DNA from: Balanoglossus misakiensis
Taxonomy: Eukaryota > Animalia > Hemichordata
Direction of reading: 5' to 3'
Length of the DNA stretch: 64,000 nt
Assembly: GCA_040954595.2 (NCBI GenBank)
Contig: CM082577.2
Location: forward strand, 18,450,303-18,514,302
Shown here: in pieces, positions 13,601 through 26,400 of the stretch
Layout of the letters: every line of letters starts with the position of its first letter
Position numbering within the stretch: the stretch's first letter is position 1
Made by a program: the position numbers and the translations under genes
The notes under the pieces: generated by a model
The model's input: the letters and a program-made list of their open reading frames with translations, nothing else
What the model was told of the DNA's origin: nothing
The model's database searches: none

Positions 13601-14092
13601 TGTGTTCTCTACATGTTCCTTTCGCGCAATCAATGCTACATTACATTCCTATTCCGGCCTTCCTTTCCATAACACTGGTCGACATCTTTTCAACCTCGAT
13701 ATCCGCCTATCACCCCTACAGCCCAATATATTGTTCCACCCGGCCGAATAACATGTACCCCAGTTATTAGTACGCAAACTTGCAATCCTCACCGACAGCA
13801 TCAAAAACCCACCATTCACCTACTTTCACTTAAAGCATTCCATCAACAGTTCACAACGACCCCGCTCTCTGACTTTGTTACCCAATACACCAAACGATTC
13901 TATCATGATAACACTTCCATCTCGGTTTCTTCTCGCACTACTTGCCCTTTCACACACCCACTCACACACAAACACAAACATTGCATACATCGCTGTACTA
14001 AACATCACCCTTCCTTCCAACAAACCATTCTTCTTCCTGCGCCATTACATCACACTGCTATTGATCCTCACCGCCCGACATTACATTCCAAA

Positions 14093-16783
14093 ATGTACAC
14101 TCCGACCAAACGAATGCGTACATCAACCGATTCGCCACCCAGATCAGACGACATGTATTCGAACATACGCGGCTACCCGCACAACGTGTCTCCCATCCGA
14201 CAGAGTTCCAAGACGAAGACTCGTTATTTTAACTTTACACTTCAAACAGACAGAAATGAATACCATGAAAGCGTGTGCTATCAGCCAGATACAAGAAATA
14301 CCCTCGTATCCGCCGTCGACAGCAAAACACCACTGCTCTTCCGCTCAGTGCGCAAACTTTTGGGTAAGTCTACACTTCATTCCATTCTTTACAGTCCAAT
14401 CAATGCCAGTGCCACCAGTACAGTAACCACGAATGCTCCATTTACATCTCACTTCCGGTGTGCGTTATTCGCACTGCAGTTACCACTACAACAGTACAAG
14501 TACAACGACTTCGACGCCACATTTCCTACGCATATGTATTGCATTTCCAAATGCACGCCACAGTAACAAACTACACGATTTTGACACATAATTGCCGCCT
14601 ACTTCAGAACTACACGAGCTATTTACTACTTTCATCGTTCCCGCGTTCACGTGTTACACACCCACAACACATAACTCTTACTATCTCTTTTCCCACGTGA
14701 ATCACCAACCGTTGCGCCTTTTTCCTTCTCCAACATGGTCACACAGTCCTCCCCTCTGCCCGCACCAACACAACAACACCACCACAGCGCAGACATCCCC
14801 CAGTGTATTACTTCATCACACCACACTGCTGTACGTCCCCCCCCCCCTCCCTTATACACAAAAACACAACCCCTCCAGAAGATGCTACCCACTTCAGGCA
14901 TACACACAATCTGTCCAAACTTACTTTGCATTTATAAACAACAAATTCCACCATGCTCACATTCACCCACTGCCAACCTCAAGTACTGCATATGACCACC
15001 TTTTCTATGCAACATGCCATTTTCTTTGTGACTCGGTTCATTTCAAATGAACAAGTGACAAAAGAAGAAAATATTCAGTTTGCATTGCACGGTTCAGTTT
15101 GACCTTTTCATTTCATACTTCCATCTAAAGTACAATCCTAAACAAACAATAGGACATAAACTGTGTTGACACACCACCTGTTTCTAAGCAACCATATCTC
15201 CAACTACCCAGCTGGACCCACAATACACATGCAGCTACTTCACACCTTACATAACTATCAGCTTTGGTATATGTCATGTTCACCTGTTGCCAAGGGAACT
15301 CCTCTCCCCATTTCACACACCAATCACTACTGTGCTCACTTTATATACTACCTTACATTTTACCATACTCACAACACACCTTCATCTGTTCATGTAGTAC
15401 AACTACGCTTGAGTGTCACTGTTCAAAGTTAAACATTTCCAATTGTCCAGTTCTGTACATGTCAATTTCCTCTGTTAAGTTAATTACACTACAATTATGA
15501 CCCACACATAAATTCTTCACTATGCCACCTTCAACCGCTTTCAAGGCAATCTTGACTTTTCATAACTTTCCACAAATCTTCACAAATTAATACGAAATCC
15601 GCAATTATTACACAACAACTATTTGTCCAATAACGCCTTCTTACCAACATTCCTCCTACAGCTCAAACAACAACAACTACCGACAATGACATAGAACCAT
15701 ATGATGTGCAGGTGAACAGGCGAAGCAGCATTGAGCCAACACAGAAAACAACAATGCAGTTCACTTATAAAAGCCCTCCATCCCTCCAGCACAAAGCATT
15801 AAAAGAAATACACGACTCATCACTCCCTGAACAAGCAGTAAGTATACACACACAATCCCTCCACACCATCATTTCAATTACTTGGGAATATATTATTCGC
15901 CTGGAACATTATGTTCAATGAACACATGCATATTACCAATAACACTTGTGAACACCTGTGCATAAACATTCGACCATGATTTTATGCTACTTTAACTGAC
16001 AACTGTCCAATATCACATCAACACCAATTGCCACCTTTTGCTCTTTCCATGAAGTGAACTGTTTTCCTGAATTCCACACGCACTTAACTATTTCATTGTT
16101 CTTTTCTCAAGGTCTCCTTCAAGGCCAGAATTATTACAGAGCCTACAATAGACACCATCACCACCAAGGATGGAACGCAGCTCACAATCACCAAATTCAA
16201 CATTGCTGATAACACAGCTTCCATGCCTGGGTACTCCTGGGGACACAGCACACTGCAATGCAAGCAGTCGTACCTGTTCGAATATGCAGTGACCAAAATG
16301 TACGACGGTGTCAAATCAATCCAAGTGGCCTCTCGAACCACAACAACCATCATTCCCGATATCGGGGAAACTGTCGAACCTTCTGACACCACGCCTCCTC
16401 ATCATACCATCACTTCCACAATTCAATCCATAAAAGCCTCCCTCACCCACCACTGTTCTACTTGTAACAAGCAAGTAGTCAAAACTCCCTCCACGTTCAT
16501 CCGTTGCAACACTTGCAGCATGAAGCAGTCTGCTGCCTCACTCAAACCAAACATGACCATCACTCTGCAACTCATTGATCACCCTCACACCCTCACTATT
16601 CATCACAACACTCTTTATTCATACCTTTCCATTCACAACAACCTCCACCTGTTGCAAGATTCCGAAGACTTGGAAGATTTCCTGTTGCAACAGGTACATC
16701 CCATCACATACACCCATAGCCCTTCATTTGTAGTCACCACCATGCTGCCCCCACCACCACCCTCTCCAAACAACATTGATTGA
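14093..16783 (+). CDS. Spliced RPA70-like ssDNA-binding protein (OB folds + C4 Zn ribbon), ~372 aa; exons 14093-14363, 15662-15837, 16112-16783
   Basis: GTAAGT donors at 14364 and 15838, pyrimidine-rich AG acceptors at 15661 and 16111, phases 1 and 0 join in frame. OB-like VSFKARII..ITTKDG..KFNIADNTASMPGYSWG; CSTC...CNTC. Confidence 0.78.
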
Positions 16784-17024
16784 ACTCTACCCACCCCTCC
16801 ACCCATTGCACCCAACTAACAATTCACCAGCCCCATCATTCGACAGTTTCCCAGATATCTCATTTCTGACAAGTCTCCCCATGCTTTACCCACTTCAACA
16901 TTACTGCCTTGTTCACATTACAATGGACACTTGCAATTTCCTCCCTTTCCACCACACTTCATAAACTGTCTTTCCTGTTCACATAACTCCAAAAGCTTGG
17001 TTATTTGCTGTTTTCGTTACTTGC

Positions 17025-17480
17025 CCTTTTTTATGCTTCCATGATTTAATTAGTTAGTACTTGAATTTTTACTTTTTAGTTACATTTTTTGTCTGTTTAC
17101 AGCATTACCCTTTAAATGTGTTTTTATGCTTTCATGAGTTCATTAGTTAATACTTGAATTTTTACTTTCATTTGAATTTTTTCTCTGTTTACAGAATTTT
17201 TCTTTAAGTGCCTTTTTTATGCTTTCAAGAGTTCGTTAGTTAATACTTGCATTACTACTTTTATTTGAATTTGATTCCTGTTTGCAGCATTTTCCTTTAA
17301 GCGCCTTTTTTATGCTTTCCTGAGTTAATTAGTTAATACTTGAATTTTAACTTTCATTTGAATTTTTTGCCTGTTTACAGAATTTTTCTTTAACTGCCTT
17401 TTTTATGCTTCCATGTGTTAATTAGTTATTACTTGCATTTTCACTTCCACTTGAATTTTCTGCATGTTTACAACATTTCA
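17025..17480. repeat. 93-bp AT-rich minisatellite, ~5 units
   Basis: ttatgc at 17031, 17124, 17217, 17310, 17403. Confidence 0.85.
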
Positions 17481-18672
17481 ATAAGTGCCCCTGATTCAGT
17501 TATGTCAATTGCTCTAAATAACGAAATCTTCATTATGTAGTTAGTATTTACATTTCAACTTTTCTTTATTGTTACAATGTCTACAGCACTTCACTACTCT
17601 TGTGACTTGCCTTTCTACTTTCAGTTCAGATTATCATCGTTTTTAAATTATTGTTTATTTAATTAGTTACTAGTGACATTGTTACTTACATTTGAGTTTT
17701 TCCGTCCGTGACAAATTTTGCAATACTTACTGATTACATTCCTGCTGTTATTTTATCTTTTCCCACTTAAGACAAAGTTTTATTACACTAGTGATTACTT
17801 TTTTATTTTCTGTTGCCATTACTATGGTTTTTACCAGCCACAAAATTACGTACTATTTACATTGCTACTTTGCATACCATTTTCTCTGATATCTACCTCA
17901 CTACCATCCTTTACAAAGAAAATTTACTTATCTACTGCCAGCTCCAATTTTCCACTTGCCCCACTTTTGCCATATTTTCAAACAGAGTTATTTACAGAAA
18001 CATTTGCTGTCTTCAATACAGCAATTTCCATTTCATTTGCAATAAAGTGCGTCACATTCATCCCTAACTTATTGTCTTCATTTCTGCCTATTTGGACACA
18101 CAATGTACACACATGACATACCTCACTGTGAATACTTTTGAAGTTTATAGCAAGTTCAACATAGTGCATATATTCCACAATAACTAATATCACCAGTACA
18201 TTACTTTCTGTTTAACATGGAATAATACACGCTTCACCTTTTTACTCACATTTTGGCACACCGCATGTGACCATCGTCCTACTTCCTCACACTTTCCCTT
18301 ACCTCGGCATCTGCACCCAACATAGCCTCAACACTGTTATGGTGTGCAATTTTATTACATACATTTCAGACCACCTCTGCCTACCTTCAACATACTGTCT
18401 CATATCTTGTCATCAACACCAGCTACTCCATTGGTGTTTAAAAGGGTTGCTGTCAAATAACCCCATATACTCGGTCACCTGCACACATCATCATTTAATT
18501 GCTGTAGGTTTGCTTTATGGTAAACATAACACAGTAGGGGGTGCAAATGTTTGCCACATTTCGCTGGCACAATATGGGGTCAGAATCTCCTGCCCAAATG
18601 CTGCACGCCCCACACCTTCCACCTTCAGCTTAAGCTTGGGCCCGTCATCGCTGCTTCGCAGCTATATTTTTT

Positions 18673-18770
18673 TAGGGCACAAGCGCCCTCAGGCGCTTGT
18701 GCCCTATTGGTTTTACCCTGTTTTTTTAGGGCACAAGCCAAGCAGGCTTGTGCCCTATTGGCATTACTGG
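18673..18770 (+). repeat. Two stacked Helentron 5' termini (palindromic subTIR heads, GGGCACAAGC variant)
   Basis: tagggcacaagcgccctcaggcgcttgtgcccta and tagggcacaagccaagcaggcttgtgcccta, each preceded by a T-run. Confidence 0.8.
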
Positions 18771-19234
18771 GGTTTTTCATCTTTTTTTTTTTTTTTTTCT
18801 TGTGTAGTTTTTTTGCTCAGGTAGATCTTGAAAACGGCTGAACCTACAAATCTCAAACTTGGCACAGTGGTGCAGGCCTATGGGAGCTGGTGCAGTACCT
18901 TTGTGAATGTTTAATAAGTCATGTGACCTGATGACCATATATGGGCAAAGTTTTTAAATGGGCCTAATTTGCATATTAATGGAGATATCAAAATTCTTTT
19001 AGCGATTTTTGCAGATCATGTGGTCAGTGTCCTGCATGCCAAATTTCAAGGCCCTGGGCCAAGTCAATTTTGAGAAGAAGATTTTTAAATATTATATTTC
19101 ATTTTTTTTGTACCCAGCCTATACTGTCTTTAGTTAAGGTGTGATGCTATTCCCACATCTGTGAAATGGTCCTGTACAGTGACAGTCTATTGGCAGTGAG
19201 CAGAATGGGACCAAAATAAAAGGCAGAATTTTGG

Positions 19235-20095
19235 GCTCACCTGTAACACCTGCTTAACTCATTAATTATGTGCATACCTAATTCTGGGCTAACTAATAGG
19301 GCTAGAGATGTCGTGCTTGTGGGACATGGACCATTACAGGCACAAAATTTCTTGCCCAAATTTTGCATGACCTCTGGTGACCTTTGACCTACTTTCCTAT
19401 ATCTCGTCATCCAGAGCAGGTACAGACTTTGAGTTTGGACGGTTGGGACTAAAATTGAAAAGCCGAAATTGGGGGTCACCTGTGACACCTGCTTATCTCA
19501 TTAATTATGTGCATACGTAATTCCGGGCTAACTAATAGGGCTAGAGGTTTCGTTCTTGTGGGACATGGACCAGTATAGGGTCAAAATGTCTTGTGCAAAT
19601 TTTGGGTGACCTCAGGTGACCTTTGACCCACTTTCCTATACCTCGGCATCAAGAGCAGGTACAGACTTGGCGTTTGGAGGGTTGTGACAAAATATGAAAA
19701 GCCAAAATTGGGGACCACCTGTGACACCTGCCGATTGCATTAATTATGTGCATACCTAATTCCAGGCTATTCAATAGGGGTAGAGGTTTGATTGTTTGTT
19801 GAACATGGACCAGTATGGGGTTAAAATTTCTTGCCCAATTTCGGGTGGCCTCTGATGACCTTTGACCTACTTTCCTATATCTCTATATCTCGGCATCCAG
19901 AACAGGTACAGCATATGTACCGGTATTTGGAGGGATGGAACTGTTAATGGAGTCTTACACTTTACCTCAGTAACTATGCAAATACTTAATGTTAAGCGAA
20001 CAAATAGGGGTAGAGATCTGGTATTTGTTGGACTTGGAGTAGTATGGGGGCAAAACTTTTTGCACAAATTTCGGGTGACGTCACATGACCTTTTA
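19235..20095. repeat. ~239-bp tandem repeats (3-4 units) in the Helentron 5' body
   Basis: tcacctgt(a/g)acacctgc and tgacctttgacc recur at ~239-bp spacing; same monomer family as in 46-61 kb. Confidence 0.85.
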
Positions 20096-21008
20096 GGTTT
20101 TAGGTTGATGAAGGTGTGTGGTTGCACAAATTACAAGTGGCAGGTAGGTTTTACCAACAGTGATTGACACACACATGCACTTTGAATATGTCACTGTAAT
20201 TGTTGCTGTGCATGTTGTTTTGTCGCACAAGACACACATATCAACTGTGTACTACAGTACACATTTGTAGGTATAACTTCTGTTATGAGAGGCACATTTT
20301 TTGCCCTTCATTCGTTACAGCTGTGTTTTCGTTTTGCCTTGGTTAAAATGTGCTCTAGTGCGCTTATATTACTGGTACACATTTTCAAACAAACTATTCA
20401 AATTTTGTTTTACTGTGAAGACAACCATCACAATTGCACCTCAGTAGACATGTTGGTTGGTAATGAAATAAACATACATTTATTGTTCAATCACATTGAG
20501 GACATTGTTAAATTACTGTGAACTTCACAATGTCATTAAGTACACAGTGTTCATGTTTATTTTGAAGTGGTAATATTAATATAAATCAAGAATGATACCA
20601 ACGAGAAGAAATAAGTCACCTGATCACAACATTGCAATATGGTATTCTTCACAATGAAGAATGTGTGCCTGAAATTTCAATAACTGTGCATACTTAAAAA
20701 ATAATGTACCTGGTTACAGGACATGCAGAGTTCAGGAAAACTTGGAAAACAGTGCCTTACAGTTGAGTTGACTGTCAAATCAATAAATATAGGGTGTACT
20801 GTGCAAATCTTTTTCCAGTGACTCAACAAGTTCATTCAGTTGCATAATTGAATGAGAACAATATCAACCAAGTTTTCTAAAACTTCCACCAATAACTGTG
20901 CCTGCATAATAGTAATTACACAAATAAATTAAATATGGGACTATAAGACAATATATTGTCTTACAATGTAAGAGCTGTAACTGCATAAACATTACGTCAA
21001 ATTTACTT

Positions 21009-22394
21009 TAGTAATTACCGGGTTTTACTGATAGTTTGCCCATCCAAAAAATCACTCATGGGCAATGAGTTGGTCGATGGCAACTGCTTTGGATTTCTAA
21101 ATTGAATTTCGGGCTGTGACATGTGAATTTCAACATGTACGATTCATCATGCATTTTTAAAAATGAAAGGAATGGAGGAGGCGAAATGTTGCAGCGAACT
21201 TTTGGGAGGTATTACAAACAGCAATGCGAAACTGATGTCCACCCAATTGATACATTGCCTATTCAAGTGCTGGAAATAACCCTAGCGTCATTGTTAGTGT
21301 GTGATTGACATGGGCGACGTCCAGCGATCGATGATTACTACGCTTCTTTGACATTGACAAACACAGCGTTGTCAAGTTCGGAGACCGTATGTAGCGCAGA
21401 AACCGTTCTCTTTCCCTGGGTGAAATGGCGAAGGTGGCGAATCATGTCCATATTGTGTTAGAAGGTCAGTTGACGTAGCTCTGCATTGGGCTGCCCACCG
21501 GTTAACCTCAACAGCACTGTCCACCTTGGCGTAACAGGTGAATTCCTCTGGCGTAATGGCATCTCGCATTGAATTCATCGCTGACCACAGAGTCCGAATC
21601 CAAGAAGTCGGCTTTGCGAAAGCAACTAACAACTGTGTGAAGGTTGACATGGTCCAACAACTCCTTCGCCGTCTACACGGCATCCAAGATGGTGAACGCC
21701 TTCACGATATCGACAGGTTGTGATCGGCATTGGCGGTACGGTAGCTGTGGGCAACAAAGCCCTGCCAAGCAGACTTACGTCTAGGCACAGCGAGGGCAAT
21801 GACGATGCGCGTGTTTTAGGCGGCTGCGGTAATGTCTTTTCCAGTTTTTGATCTCGCCCATGTTCGGAGGGTGAATGAAACTTGTTGTTTTCGTAGCCTC
21901 TATGTTCGTCAAAGCAATGTACAATTGACAGGTTGCGATCGGCATTGGCGTAAACTGTAGCTGTGGGCATCACAGGTCTGCCACGCAGAGTTACGTGCAG
22001 GCACAGCGACGGCAATGACGATGCGCGTGTTTTAGGCGGCTGTGGTAATGTCTTTTCCAGTTGTTGATCTCGCTCATGTTCAGAGGGTGGATGAAACTTG
22101 TTGTTTTCGTAGCCTCCATGTTCGTCAAACCAATGTTCAATAAATAGAAGAACAGGTGTCGACAGGTTTTCGTAGCCTCCATGTTCGTCAAACCAATGTT
22201 CAATAAATAGAAGAACAGGTGTCGACAGGCAATCACATGGCGACGCTTGCATTGAAGTAGGTTTATTGAAATGGTGTATGTAGCCAAATTAACACCTGGG
22301 CGACTAATTGGTTCCAGGTCTGCACCTGTCCATTTCCTCATTTTCTAATTGTAATTGCCCTTGGCGCACTTTCAGTAAAACCCAGTAATAACTG
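21009..22394 (-). mobile_element. pogo/Tigger remnant, copy 2
   Basis: Homologous to 46-1371 with an extra ~60-bp duplication near 22110-22230. Confidence 0.72.
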
Positions 22395-23478
22395 TAAGAT
22401 TAATGACAAGCTGGCAGTAAATATAAAATTTCCAATACCTTTTGGAAGACAATATTTTCTCATTGAGTATCACTTAAAAGCACATTTCACATTGCCATAG
22501 CAAACAACAGCAGTAATTCACAAAAACTCGCACATATTGATGGGGAAAAAATACTTTGGCCCATGGAAACATACAAACATTATGTTTCTACAGACATTGG
22601 CAGAAAAATTACAAAAAATACAGTACATGTATATATACAGTTCAACACATATTAATATCCCATGAATATGTTGGCCTTATGTATAAATACGTTTCAATTC
22701 ATTAAACAGTTAATTAGTAAACCTCATGCATACCAATGTCAATTATTGATCAGTGTGTGTAGGCAACATGAAGAAATTGACTTAAAGGGGAAAGTTACTG
22801 ATGCATATGATGTGATTGAAATCAATATGTTTTACAGAAGAGAATAATAAACTTTACAGAACATACAATAAACATATACACAATTACGACAATGTCAGTA
22901 ATATATTAAGCTGTATTTAAAGGAAATAAGTCACTGTTTGATGTATTATGCACACAAATACATAAATATTTAGCATAACATACTCAGTGATTTCTAGTCT
23001 GTACAGGAATTTGTTTAAGTTTTATCATATCTACCTTGAAGTCAGGTAGGTGTCACGTACATGTCATCAATATTTCAACGTGTGCCCAATAGTCTCACAA
23101 CGGAAAGTACTATTGCCTAAAAAAACGACACCAAAAACATAAACAGTCACTTGGTCCCTTTCTCCCACAAGCCCTGCACACCCTTTGCCCTCCCATACAA
23201 TTAAGAGTCTGATTAATATCACCTGTACACGCTCCGTGACTTACATTTGTCAGGTCTTTCTAATTGTTATTTACTGCTGACATGGGTACAGTACAGCAGT
23301 AAACAACAACTAACACCTGACAATGGTAAAGACAGAGCGTATGTTTACAGCTGATGTCAATCACATACAGAATTACAACACAAAAAACTGTGGCCCCGTC
23401 ACCATTGGATCACCACAAAATTTTTACAATCACGACGGGATAAATATCACATGTTTGTCTCAGTGTTAGTGTTAATGT

Positions 23479-26400
23479 TCAAATCTGAATGCGTATGGCT
23501 TCATGAAAGCTGAAGTATTTGGGTACAATCTCAACTGTGACATTTGTTATGCCTTTCACATACACATGGTCAATCAATGTACCAGCTTCTGTGGTTGCTC
23601 TATTAACATACTGTTTGAATCCAAAACTTTGCATTAAGGCTGCATTCACAAACACCTCTGGAGGGGGGGGGCAGGAGAATTCAATTTTTTTTACCGCTAA
23701 TTTTCACATGCCCCCCTTCTGAACTGCCAATATTTTCAAATCCCCCCCTTCCGAACTGCCAAAATTTTGAAATCCCCCCCCCCATTTTCTTTCACAGAGC
23801 AAAACACATCACCTATCTATCTTGTAAAAAGAAAAACAGCGCTCCCATGAAAATAATTTGAAACTGATGTTTCCCCTCATCAGTGGGTATTAAAACTGAA
23901 CATTGTTTTTATTTTTTAAGTACATATATTTGTATTCTGTATTGGGAGACATTGTAAACCGAGAATTGAAGGGGGTGGGTTTGGGAGGGGGTGTCCCCCT
24001 CCCACGTAAGAAAATTTTCTAAAATACAGAGCTCAAAGCTGCATTTTAATGAACCCGGCAAAAGCAAATTAACTCAACTACTGGTATGTTGGGGAGGACA
24101 AATTTAACCGCCGCCGCTCAAAGTTATCATGGGGTGGGGCAAGTCCCCTGACCTGGGACACTAGATAAACCAGTCAATGATTGAAAGGTGTTGATGAATG
24201 GAGGGGGTGGGTGAAAATTTTGTAAAATAAAGGGCGCGAAACTGCATTTTTGTGGACTCAAAATAAATATTTAGTCGTTAAAGTTTTCAAGTCCCCCCCT
24301 TTCAGTCCCTAAATTATTTCAAATCCCCCCCCCTTACATACCCTCAATTTTTTCAAATCCCCCCCTCAATTCTCCTGCCCCCCCCTCCAGAGGTGTTTGT
24401 GAATGCAGCCTAAATTCACAAGACATGATGATGTGAATATGTTCTCATTGAAATCACCCATGATCACTGTCCCACCATGGCGTTTACCCATTTCATTCAC
24501 TAACAGAAGCAGGCTCATCCTGAATGTGTCCATTTTGTATGATGGTGGTCTGTAAACTACGGCTACTGTCACGTTGATGTCATGGACATAAAATGCCATA
24601 TATTCTAGGTTAAAAACACCCATATGCAAAATGTCAACAGTTTTGGATATAGTGTAGTACATTCCAACACCACCCCTATGTTGTGATTGCAAAGTTGCAG
24701 TATTATTATTTAATTGATTATAAGATAAACTTCGAGGTTTGTGACTAAACACAAAACCACTAACTTCTATTTCAGATACTCTTGTTGTCTCAGACAACCA
24801 TGTTTCTGTCAAACAAATGAAGTCCGCCTCCAAACAATCTATATCGGTTCGAATATCCTGTATGTGGTTTTCAACACCTTCAATATTATGCATGATGACT
24901 GTGCAAGCATGACTTGTTTGCAACTTTGTTTCACATGTATCGAGAAACTGTGGCATTTCTGCTAAAGCAGCCTGCATCTTCGGATTGCAATAAATAGATG
25001 ATGTTTCAAATTGATCGATGACAAGACCTTCCAATGATGTCACTCGACTCAACGCAACATATGCCTGTCCTGGTGCAAACATCTTGTTTAAACTAACCAC
25101 AGCTTTATCAACTGTCAATCCTTGTACCTTGTGCACTGTACATGCCCATGCTAATTTCAGAGGAAATTGTCTCCTAATACCACCATTGCTTGCAACAGAC
25201 AATTCCTGAGGTTCAATACGTGTGCTTCTTTCTGGTAATGTAATCACATTAGGTGTTTTCCTGCGCAACTTCTGCCCAACACTTAAATTATCAAACACCA
25301 CATACACAGCCATTGGGAAAGTCCCAGATTCCTTCACTTCAATATGGCATACTGTTCCAAATACACCATTCACCAGCCCATCAGAAACATCTACATTTTG
25401 TGTCAATTGAACTCGTGCATTAACGGCTAGAGTTACACTTTTAGGCAACATTGTTCTGTAGACTTTCGTGTGATGCCCTTCCTTTCTCTCCAATTTTCCT
25501 GTTGTACCATTTTTGATGAAATCTTCTGCTTCAATACACACAGGATCAGAACATAATGAATGAAGCATTGTAACATTGCATTTATTTACTTCTGCATTTG
25601 TACCAAAAATGTGAATGGCCTCAGAGGATTCACCAGTGACACATTTCTGAAACATTTCCAAGTCATTTGGTTTCATTGCCTCTCCCTTCTTGTGAACTCT
25701 TATGTGATTCAGTGCTTCTGCAAAGCCACTATCCTTCTGTCTCATTATTTCAGTAAGCTCAACAATCTTGAAATTATCACTCCACAAGCTAATTACATCA
25801 TTGTCTATGCATAGTAGACTTCCTTTCACAGGTGGAAGTTGGTAAAAATCACCAACAGCGATGACACTTACAGTTCCAAATGGTGATTGACTTGAGCGTT
25901 GTTTCAGTTGTCTTAATCTTCCATGAACATAGTGCAATAACTTCTTATCAACCATGGAAATTTCATCTATGATTAAAATTTCCACATTTCCAAATTTCGC
26001 ACGGAGACTGTTGATCTTTTCCTCATGCAGTGGCTGATATGGCAACTTTGAGTCAACTGCTATTGAAAATGCATGATGCAGTGTTTCTCCTTGAATATTA
26101 AATGCAGCTACACCAGTTGGAGCAGTCAGCATTACAGAGACCTCATCAGGGGATGGCAATACACGAGCTAGAATTCGTTTGGCTTCATGATACAACGTCT
26201 TGATCAAATGGCTTTTCCCAGTGCCAGCACCACCACTCACAAATAAATAAAAAGGCTCTGGATTCTTCCCATTGGTTTTATCCAAACACCACTGTCTCAC
26301 ACTATAGAATATTTTTGCCTGTTTTTTGTTCAATGATCTACACATTGCTGCAATCTCTGCTCTTGCTAGTGAAGTAGAAATCTGTACACTGCAATCACCT

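Larger units (their letters stand above)
1..18669. mobile_element. Autonomous-type Helentron/Helitron2, copy 1 (left part outside window)
   Basis: Contains a Rep-helicase-endonuclease gene; ends in subTIR GCTTGGGCCC (18634-18643), stem-loop GCTGCTTCGCAGC and TATATTT; colinear with 20964-45284. Confidence 0.9.

Noticed and set aside
13875-14426. 183-aa ORF overlapping RPA-like exon 1
   Set aside because: Differences between copies are mostly non-synonymous in this frame but synonymous in the 14093 frame
24366-24410. C-terminus LGCIHKHLWRGGQEN of the 1959-aa ORF
   Set aside because: Derived from the MITE TIR; the true EN end lies at 23479-23637
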